Below the pieces are notes generated by a model, which saw only the letters and a program-made list of their open reading frames with translations, did no database searches and was not told the origin of the DNA. A program made the position numbers and the translations under genes. This document shows positions 57,018 through 64,000 of a stretch of 64,000 nt of DNA, one piece after another. The first letter of the stretch is position 1; each line of letters opens with the position of its first letter. Source of the DNA: a virus; IMG/VR virus record IMGVR_UViG_3300030012_003086, positions 32,523 through 96,522 of that record. The stretch is one strand, 5' to 3'.

Positions 57018-59453
57018 TTATACCTCCTCAATTAATCCTGCTTTTTCAAAGACATTTACAATATTCGCTATTTTGTTTTTATCATAAGTAAACATATGAA
57101 GAGTGAAGTTTTTCAATTGGTTTTCAAAGGCCTTAACTACTAATTCTTTCATTTCTTGTAAAAACTTGGACATCTTTTTATCTAATTTTTCAGCGATTGA
57201 CTTAGCATCATCGGGTCTATTATCAATACTCTCATAAGCAGTTTGTATAAAGTCTTTATCATCGGGATAGAAAGAAGCAAGATAAGACAAAAACCCTGCT
57301 GCATCTTTAGGATTCAATATTGACAACTTGTTAAAATCATTTTTAATTTCATCCGCTAAAGAAGATAAACCTCCCTCATCTTTTCTCTCCTTAGATAAAT
57401 CAACTAAGAATGAAACAAAGTCCTTTGCACTCGAAGATAGATTTCTAACCGCCCCAATAGCAGACTTGGTTCTCTGCTTTTCCTTATTTTCAACATCTTC
57501 AAACCTTTCAATGTTAGCCTCTCTTTGAGCAATTGTGTTTCTAATTTCATCTTTTCTTGCACTACTTATATCAGTATTCAAAAGTTCACGTAGTTTATCA
57601 TTCTGCTCCTTCTTCTTTTGTGTAATTTTGTCGTAATTTCTTTTTCTTCGCTCTTTTTGCTTTTCAAACGATTCACCTAATTTTTCAGCAGTTTCTAAAG
57701 GAGTAAATGTCTTATAGTCTTCGTATTCGGCAGATGCAATATTATAGTCATCATCATACTCTATCGTTTCTTCTATTACCCACGCAATCTCTATTCTAGC
57801 AAAAGAAGCAGCATCAATCATATTCTGTTCGGAAGCAAAATCTTCTTGAATTAAAGGTCTAGGTGAAATCGGACTAGAATACCAATTGACTCTTACTTTA
57901 CCCTCAGCCCCTTCATATTCTCCTTCATTCCAAAATTCCAAAAATCGAAGTGCTTCTGATTTAGTCCATCCCCTATCTAAATTAAACAAGGTGTCTCTTC
58001 TCATTTGGCTAGTGACACTTTTGACCTCATTTTTCCTAGAAGAGTTGTTTCTTATGTTCTCTTTTATCTTCTTTCTAGCAAAATCAGCATCATTGAAGTC
58101 AATATTTTTACCTTTTAGTGTCTTTTTATAGGGATTTAAAGGAATATCATACGCAAAACTTCTTTGAATATCCCCATGAACACCCGAAAGACTAGAATAT
58201 AAGTCATCAATAATCATTTTTTCTGCTCTGTCTTCTGATATAAATTCGGTCTGTTTTGCCATTTTTAGATAGGTTTCAAACCAATTTTTACGCATAGAAT
58301 GGTATAAAATAGCAGAACCATAGGGATTTAGCACTATTTTCTTCATATTTTTGGTCGCTCTCTGTAAAAACAAGTTATCGGGGAAAGGTAAGATGGTTCC
58401 CGTAGGATTTCTTCCTATTGTGGTCTGATTATAATCAGAATTATCGGGATTTTTTCCAGAAATCCAAGATGGAATCAATTGACCCGGTTCACCAATAACA
58501 TCTTCATAGGCCTTTATGTATAATTCAACAGATTTTGCCGTAAATGGGGTATGAGCAGGCGCAATTTTATATTTTGTTCCCAAAAATGCCATTTTACTTC
58601 CCAAATCTTCTTTAGTTTCTTTATTTTTATTTTTTCCTGCAAAAATAACATTGATTTTGTATTTTTTATTGAGAGTATTATACAAATTTTTTATTTTTTT
58701 CTTATTTTTTACTAAATCCTTTTTTCCTTCAGCAATTACATCAATAATTTCTTCTCTGTTTTCAGGATTTTGTATTCTTTTAATCTCCCAATTAGATTTA
58801 TTTTTATCTGAATAAATAATTGGGTTCAAAAGAGAAATAAATTCTCCATGAGTGCTTACATTTAATTCAATTATTCCATTTTCAAACTTAGACTCTAATA
58901 ATTTAGCAAATTCTGTAACTTCGCTATCACTTTCACTTGGAGTTGTATCAAACGTTATCATATTTTTGGATTTTCTTCTATTAATATACTCTTGATACTG
59001 TATAATTTTCTTTGCTTCGGGATATCTTCTCCACTTGCCTCTATTTTTTGGCATTAATTCAATTAATTTTGCAATTAATTTCTTTTTTTCTGAGAAATCT
59101 GACCCTTGTATCTGTTCAACTAATAACTTTATTTGTTGGGATTTTTCAGGAGCCTGTTTTTTCGGTAAAAATTCTATAATTTGTTCTATGTTAGCCTTAA
59201 ATTGTTCTTTCGTTTGGTCTGCTTGTGGTAATTTTCCATACAAATCATACGCTCTTTGAATTTTAGCATCATCGACTTTGAGTTGGTCTAGACGATTCTT
59301 TAACTTTGACAAATTTTCTTTTGAAAATTTGCCACTCTGAATATTTTCTAGAAATTCTTGAAAATTTTCCGAAGATATTAGGTCAAGATAGAGGACTTCA
59401 TCAGCATCGGGAAACATTCCATAAGGTGCTTTAAGGACATTAAACCAATTCAT
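57018..59453 (-). CDS. large WxxVLK-leader protein
   Basis: MNWFNVLKA at ATG 59453 after GGAG; ~811 aa, helical. Confidence 0.8.
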   Translation of the reverse strand: MNWFNVLKAPYGMFPDADEVLYLDLISSENFQEFLENIQSGKFSKENLSKLKNRLDQLKVDDAKIQRAYDLYGKLPQADQTKEQFKANIEQIIEFLPKKQAPEKSQQIKLLVEQIQGSDFSEKKKLIAKLIELMPKNRGKWRRYPEAKKIIQYQEYINRRKSKNMITFDTTPSESDSEVTEFAKLLESKFENGIIELNVSTHGEFISLLNPIIYSDKNKSNWEIKRIQNPENREEIIDVIAEGKKDLVKNKKKIKNLYNTLNKKYKINVIFAGKNKNKETKEDLGSKMAFLGTKYKIAPAHTPFTAKSVELYIKAYEDVIGEPGQLIPSWISGKNPDNSDYNQTTIGRNPTGTILPFPDNLFLQRATKNMKKIVLNPYGSAILYHSMRKNWFETYLKMAKQTEFISEDRAEKMIIDDLYSSLSGVHGDIQRSFAYDIPLNPYKKTLKGKNIDFNDADFARKKIKENIRNNSSRKNEVKSVTSQMRRDTLFNLDRGWTKSEALRFLEFWNEGEYEGAEGKVRVNWYSSPISPRPLIQEDFASEQNMIDAASFARIEIAWVIEETIEYDDDYNIASAEYEDYKTFTPLETAEKLGESFEKQKERRKRNYDKITQKKKEQNDKLRELLNTDISSARKDEIRNTIAQREANIERFEDVENKEKQRTKSAIGAVRNLSSSAKDFVSFLVDLSKERKDEGGLSSLADEIKNDFNKLSILNPKDAAGFLSYLASFYPDDKDFIQTAYESIDNRPDDAKSIAEKLDKKMSKFLQEMKELVVKAFENQLKNFTLHMFTYDKNKIANIVNVFEKAGLIEEV

Positions 59454-60034
59454 TCTCCTATCCACCTGTATTTGTTAGGCCTACCTTTTATTTTTTCATA
59501 TCTTTTGTAGGCGACGCTATTAAGATATCCGCTAACTTCAGCAGTAGTGGGAATATTTCCTCCGCTTCTATCGGGCTTGTTAATATAATAATCTTGTAAA
59601 GATAAAAAAGCCTCTTTAGCAGTTCTCTCCTTTCCATCTCTCATAATATTATCAAGATTCTTACCAAATTGAAATCTCCTACGTCTGCCTTTCATAAGTG
59701 ACTCCTTGTAATAGTCTTGACCGTCATCTAATCTAATTAATTTATATTTTGCCTTATTATGAACTTTAGCATACCCCCGTCTAAGGCCAAAATTAGTAAA
59801 ATAATTGGGAAACCATTTTCGTCCTTTACCCTTAGACCAAACAGACCATGTTCTTCTAGAAATATTATCCGAACCTACCATAGGTTCAACCACTTCCATA
59901 AATTTTTCATAATAATCACTACTGGTAAAAATTGTTCCAGCAGGAATAGTCAGGTAAACTTTCTCTATTCCTTTTTTTAGCATAGGCAAATTTTTGTTAC
60001 TATAACTTGCTTTAATGATATCCTTCCAAATCAT
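59450..60034 (-). CDS. WxxIIK-leader protein with wHTH-like domains
   Basis: MIWKDIIKA; C-terminal RTAKEAF...NIPTTAEVSGYL. Confidence 0.75.
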   Translation of the reverse strand: MIWKDIIKASYSNKNLPMLKKGIEKVYLTIPAGTIFTSSDYYEKFMEVVEPMVGSDNISRRTWSVWSKGKGRKWFPNYFTNFGLRRGYAKVHNKAKYKLIRLDDGQDYYKESLMKGRRRRFQFGKNLDNIMRDGKERTAKEAFLSLQDYYINKPDRSGGNIPTTAEVSGYLNSVAYKRYEKIKGRPNKYRWIGE

Positions 60035-60035
60035 T

Positions 60036-60473
60036 CTAATCCCTCTTCATGTGTTTTTTATTTTGTGGCGGTTCATAGCCTTTTTCTCTATAAAATGCTT
60101 CATCAAATTTAGGTTGTTTAAATCCATGATAAGGTCTAATATCTTCAGGTTCTTGTCCTTGAAAGAAACCTACTGCGTGTCGGTATTCAAAATCTATTTT
60201 TTCATCTATTGCATATATTTCTTTCATTTCAGGAGAGTTTCTTTTTTCTTTATGCCACCTAGAATAAGGAGTTCCTTCGGGTTTCCATTCTCCGGCCGGT
60301 GGTTCAGGACCAAATTCTCTTTCCATTCTTTCTTGTAAATCTTTAAACAATTGTGTTCTTTTTTCTTGAAGAGGATGTTGTTCTTTTCTTTTTGGTCGCA
60401 TTATTTTATCTTCGGCCATATACGCTTCAATTCTTTTCCAAGCATCATTTTTAAGAATAGATTGCCAACTCAT
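60036..60473 (-). CDS. WxxILK-leader protein
   Basis: MSWQSILKN. Confidence 0.75.
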   Translation of the reverse strand: MSWQSILKNDAWKRIEAYMAEDKIMRPKRKEQHPLQEKRTQLFKDLQERMEREFGPEPPAGEWKPEGTPYSRWHKEKRNSPEMKEIYAIDEKIDFEYRHAVGFFQGQEPEDIRPYHGFKQPKFDEAFYREKGYEPPQNKKHMKRD

Positions 60474-60685
60474 TGCAATTCCTCTTGCCTGTCTCTCATT
60501 TTTTCTAAAGCCACAATAGCCTGACCCATATCAATAATAGAGGCCGCTAAATCTTGCATTTCTACAGATGTTTCAGTTTCAAAATCTTTGAACTCTTCTT
60601 GTGCTAAAAGGTTGATTCGTTTCATTTTTCGTATAAAAGAGTCAATGTCTTTAAAATCGTCTTTAATTATTTTTTCCCAACTGAT
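60470..60685 (-). CDS. WxxIIK-leader protein with ATC in place of ATG (71 aa)
   Basis: GGAGG RBS then ATC AGT TGG GAA AAA ATA ATT AAA (xSWEKIIK); open to a TGA overlapping the next ATG. Confidence 0.55.
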   Translation of the reverse strand: MSWEKIIKDDFKDIDSFIRKMKRINLLAQEEFKDFETETSVEMQDLAASIIDMGQAIVALEKMRDRQEELQ

Positions 60686-60846
60686 TGCAATTCCTCCTTT
60701 AATGTTTTAATAAATGGTTCATAATTATGTTTGCCATAATCTCTTTCTAATACTTCTGCTACCTTTCTCGCAAAACTGTGTATAGATTCATCTTCCTCAA
60801 GAACAATGGTATCTAAAGTGACTTTAACTATGTTTTCCCAATTCAT
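60667..60846 (-). CDS. WxxIVK-leader protein (59 aa)
   Basis: MNWENIVKV...; GGAG RBS; not in the ORF track. Confidence 0.7.
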   Translation of the reverse strand: MNWENIVKVTLDTIVLEEDESIHSFARKVAEVLERDYGKHNYEPFIKTLKEELQSVGKK

Positions 60847-60870
60847 TGTTATTTCTCCTAAATTAAATTC

Positions 60871-61071
60871 TTAACCCATAATAGCATCCAATATGTTAAA
60901 TCTTGCATCTTTTCTAAAAAACCTACTATGTCCACAATTATTACAAAAAACCACTGTAAATACTTTGTTTGAATAATTGAATAACCTTGACCATTTTCCT
61001 GTCATTGCCATTTCTTCAAAAGAAAATGAAGTGCTCTGACATACTTCACAAAATAAAGTTAGTTGGTTCAT
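60871..61071 (-). CDS. Zn-ribbon nucleic-acid-binding protein (zinc_ribbon_13/DUF2082-like)
   Basis: CEVC...MTG..SRLFN..NKVF.VV.CNNCGHS.FF. Confidence 0.7.
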   Translation of the reverse strand: MNQLTLFCEVCQSTSFSFEEMAMTGKWSRLFNYSNKVFTVVFCNNCGHSRFFRKDARFNILDAIMG

Positions 61072-61082
61072 TATAATTTCTC

Positions 61083-61316
61083 CTATTCATAATTTAGAAT
61101 CGGTGATGACTTCCAATCATCAGCAAGTAAATCCTTTTTGTGCATTTCAGTTGCTAATAAAAAAAGTGTATTTTTATCATATTTATTTTCTAAAGATTCA
61201 ATATAAGACATAACTAATTTTTTTTCTTCTTCATTGAACTTATCCAAATTATTTTTTGCGTGGCTTGTCCAATTGTATGCTGCCCTTTCACTTTTCAAAA
61301 TATCTTGCCAATTCAT
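61083..61316 (-). CDS. WxxILK-leader protein
   Basis: MNWQDILKS. Confidence 0.75.
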   Translation of the reverse strand: MNWQDILKSERAAYNWTSHAKNNLDKFNEEEKKLVMSYIESLENKYDKNTLFLLATEMHKKDLLADDWKSSPILNYE

Positions 61317-61975
61317 TGTAATTTCTCCTGCATTCTTTTCTTAATATCTAACCAAATCTCAGGATTGTTCTGTGCAAGCACTTCTTGAACAATTTGCATT
61401 TGTGCAACAATAATTGTGTCTTGTCTCTTGTGTATAAGTTTTCCTTTAAACTCCATGAGATATTTTAACGACTCTCTAATTTCTCTTGCTAACTTAGTTA
61501 AAGCGTCAATCATCTTAGGGTCTAAATCATTTCCTAATTCATGAAATACTTGTTCAAGCCTAGCGTCTAATTTCTCAACGTTGTTAGAAAGTAATTCAAC
61601 TTCGTTAACTTCTTTCTTAGCAATAATAGCAGCAGCACTTTGTTGAACTATTGGGGTTAAGTGATGTTTCATATGTCTTTGAATCTGTGCCTTTGTAGTA
61701 TCTAAGGCTAAAGCAACTGCGTCACTATCTATATCTCCATTACTTAATGCCTGTTCGTAATGTTTTCTCATAGGGTCTGTGCATAGATTACATTTAGGAT
61801 TAGATGACATCACATAATCCCCCATGTGGTTTCTCTGATGTTGAGCAGCAGTTCCGCTTCTCCAACCATTAGCAGCATCTAACTCATCACAAGTAACAAT
61901 ACCATTCTCTAGAGAGTTTTCTATTTCTTCTCTATCTTCATGCTGACATAAACCGCAACGTTTTCTAGTTACCAT
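61313..61975 (-). CDS. putative terminase small subunit (tandem CxxC-HTH-HxxxH domains plus coiled coil)
   Basis: CGLC...HQRNH and CNLC...RHMKHH duplicated domain, followed by oligomerisation-type helices. Confidence 0.55.
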   Translation of the reverse strand: MVTRKRCGLCQHEDREEIENSLENGIVTCDELDAANGWRSGTAAQHQRNHMGDYVMSSNPKCNLCTDPMRKHYEQALSNGDIDSDAVALALDTTKAQIQRHMKHHLTPIVQQSAAAIIAKKEVNEVELLSNNVEKLDARLEQVFHELGNDLDPKMIDALTKLAREIRESLKYLMEFKGKLIHKRQDTIIVAQMQIVQEVLAQNNPEIWLDIKKRMQEKLQ

Positions 61976-61979
61976 GTAA

Positions 61980-63419
61980 CTACCTCCAAAGATAAGACTG
62001 CCACATTCTCTTCAATACAATCCTCTCATCAGTATTAGGTGCATTCATACTTTGTAAATCTCTAGTTCTACTAATTACAGACTGATTCAACAATGCTTTC
62101 ATAGCATTTTTTGTAAGTTTAACCTGAATTGTTTTGGGATTACTTTTCTCTTTTCTAAATAAGTCTAAAACTTTCTGCTTAGATGAAGGAGGAAAGTCAA
62201 ACTTTCTTTCGCTTAATCTCGCTGCTGCTTGGCTAGTATTAAAATTAGCACCATCATACAATTCTGTCTTTTTCAAAAGACCTTGTGCGAATCTTTTAAT
62301 TTCGGGAATCTTTGCTAATTCCTTTGCCATTCTTACACTATTAACAGGGAACACGACTTCTTCCTGTCCTTCTTCTCTAAAGTCAAATCCTCCCCTAACA
62401 GTGTTTTGCCAAGCCGGTTTATCATTAGGAGCAAGTGCAACACCTCTTGGAGTTTTTCTTCTTAATGCTCTTTCAATTAAAATTACAATTCCTTTAGGGG
62501 TTGCTGATAAAGTAATCTCAGTAATTTTTCCAGCAGGTGCATCTTTAGCATCAAGTTGAGCAATCTCTCTTACTAATCTTCTGTCGGTATTTCCCAATTT
62601 AAATTTAGTATTTTCAAAATCCCTTCTTAGTTTGGCTACATTCAGTTTACCGTCTTTATTCCAAAATGCAGTATTTTTAATAGCCTTGTCAAAATATCTT
62701 TCTATCTCGCCTATTTCTTCCCAATCAACAATAGTGTCATCGTCTTCGGTCATTGGAACATCATCCACTTCATTTGTTATCTGTGCCAATTTTCCTTTAG
62801 CATCCATCATCATAACTGCTAATCCTCTTGAATCAAAATCAGCAGTCGGCTTTTCATTGAATAGTGCTTTGTGTGGTAAATTACTACCTGTAAACCAATC
62901 TGCGGGGGCTGCTTCGCCTCCATATTTTTCCTTGTATTTTTCTGTTCTATAATGCCCTTGAACAGGCTTAGGTGCAAGTCTTTCATTACCTCTTACTTCT
63001 TCAACGTCTGTAAATAAAATAAATGCAGGGTCTAGTGCTTTACCGTCACCTCCGGCATCTTCACCAGTTCCCTTTAACGCCATCAAAGCGTCGCCTAGAG
63101 AAGAAATAGCAATTTCATCTGCTAGCGTATAATATTTATTTTCTATAACTCTTTCAATGAAGGCAATATATTTTTTATTTGCCCCTTCATCAGTAAAGCC
63201 CTTATTACGACTATTGTCTCTTACATTTGTTGAAGTAATATGATTAACTAAGAAATCATATAGAGTGGGAATCCTACTACTAACCATCATGTCTGAGTTA
63301 CTAATACCCATGCACGTTTTTTTCCAATTGCGATATTCTTTTATAAACTCAGCCTTATCAGAATTTTGTGTGACTCTCATTCCTTTATAGTCATCAACAT
63401 TCTTCTTTTCTTTACTCAT
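61980..63419 (-). CDS. hypothetical protein
   Basis: ~480 aa ORF in the late arm. Confidence 0.8.
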   Translation of the reverse strand: MSKEKKNVDDYKGMRVTQNSDKAEFIKEYRNWKKTCMGISNSDMMVSSRIPTLYDFLVNHITSTNVRDNSRNKGFTDEGANKKYIAFIERVIENKYYTLADEIAISSLGDALMALKGTGEDAGGDGKALDPAFILFTDVEEVRGNERLAPKPVQGHYRTEKYKEKYGGEAAPADWFTGSNLPHKALFNEKPTADFDSRGLAVMMMDAKGKLAQITNEVDDVPMTEDDDTIVDWEEIGEIERYFDKAIKNTAFWNKDGKLNVAKLRRDFENTKFKLGNTDRRLVREIAQLDAKDAPAGKITEITLSATPKGIVILIERALRRKTPRGVALAPNDKPAWQNTVRGGFDFREEGQEEVVFPVNSVRMAKELAKIPEIKRFAQGLLKKTELYDGANFNTSQAAARLSERKFDFPPSSKQKVLDLFRKEKSNPKTIQVKLTKNAMKALLNQSVISRTRDLQSMNAPNTDERIVLKRMWQSYLWR

Positions 63420-63558
63420 CTTCCTCATCCTCTTTTCGTGGATTGACGACCTCAGAGTTAATTATACCCGGAGTTGATGTAGTGACTGCCCCTAATGCTT
63501 TTTTCTCACAGTCCGAACAACCGCAGCCTTTCTTTTTTAGAATAGTTTGCCAAGTCAA
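63412..63558 (-). CDS. WxxILK-leader small protein (48 aa)
   Basis: TTG start after GAGGTGA: MTWQTILKKKGCGCSDC...; not in the ORF track. Confidence 0.7.
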   Translation of the reverse strand: MTWQTILKKKGCGCSDCEKKALGAVTTSTPGIINSEVVNPRKEDEEDE

Positions 63559-63830
63559 TCTTTCACCTCAAAAATATCTTGTAACTCCATTCTTAATTCT
63601 TCATATCTTTCAGCGTCAATCTTTCCTTTGGAAAATAATCTTGCTAATTTTTCCATACCTTGAGGATATGTATTTGCTCCCTTTTGTAATTCGGGCGACC
63701 TTGTGGATTTATCTTTCTTTGCTGATGTAGGCCCTTCATAAGAAGCACCACCATATTCATCAAAAGAATCAGCACTAATATTTCTTTCATTATCAGAGGT
63801 TTTTCTTTTTAGCATATCTTCCCATGTCAT
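63555..63830 (-). CDS. WxxMLK-leader protein
   Basis: MTWEDMLKR. Confidence 0.75.
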   Translation of the reverse strand: MTWEDMLKRKTSDNERNISADSFDEYGGASYEGPTSAKKDKSTRSPELQKGANTYPQGMEKLARLFSKGKIDAERYEELRMELQDIFEVKD

Positions 63831-64000
63831 TATTCCACCAACCTATTTGGGTCTTTGCTATCATATTGTTCATCATCAAAGTAATCGCTATATCTTTTAT
63901 TTCCACCGAGAGTCCCTTTACGAATAGTAACAATGTATCTGCTACTTGGTATATCAACAACATAACCATCAGTTTTGATTCCCATTTCTTCTAATTTATC
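63830..64000 (-). CDS. partial (5'-truncated) hypothetical protein
   Basis: Open from the window edge to a TAA overlapping the next ATG (TAATG). Confidence 0.55.
   Translation of the reverse strand, partial: DKLEEMGIKTDGYVVDIPSSRYIVTIRKGTLGGNKRYSDYFDDEQYDSKDPNRLVE

Noticed and set aside
14179-63730. Numerous + strand ORFs of 60-170 aa opposite the late genes (and - strand ORFs within 645-13464)
   Set aside because: Antisense shadows of long coding genes, with F/S/L-biased composition and no RBS
47111-63830. Tag repeats as a CRISPR-like or integron attC-like DNA array
   Set aside because: Spacing is irregular, copies are in-frame coding with synonymous variation, there is no palindromic structure and no integrase in the window
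47111-63830. Tag as a secretion or lipoprotein signal peptide
   Set aside because: No hydrophobic core or lipobox; it is a short amphipathic helix followed by charged sequence

Overview
AT-rich, gene-dense segment of a tailed dsDNA virus of a euryarchaeote. It is most consistent with a Magrovirus (virus of Marine Group II / Poseidoniales); that assignment is inferred from gene content and GGAGG/GGTGA ribosome-binding sites. The + strand arm (1-13.7 kb) is an archaeal-type replication module: RFC, probable SSB, RecA/AAA_24-type ATPase, PCNA, a PolB split into two genes, Cas4-like nuclease, PriS-PriL primase, XPF/ERCC4 nuclease, MCM-like helicase and a DEDD exonuclease. The - strand arm (13.7-64 kb) converges on it and holds a siphovirus-like morphogenesis region: terminase, portal, ATP-dependent ligase, protease-scaffold, HK97 capsid, adaptor, tail tube, frameshifted tail chaperone, tape measure, baseplate and fibre. 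Two unusual signals stand out. (1) About 17 otherwise unrelated genes start with a peptide M-x(0-2)-W-x-x-[IVM]-[LIV]-K, with two further internal copies. The same pattern (MDWNDIHKM) forms the extreme C-terminus of the capsid scaffold, suggesting a scaffold-mimicking capsid-targeting tag that loads a swappable set of cargo proteins into the virion. (2) An Arf/Ras-like small GTPase with all five G motifs lies in an operon with small membrane proteins directly downstream of the capsid genes, a candidate membrane-remodelling or egress module. All product calls come from reading motifs by eye; no database searches were run.
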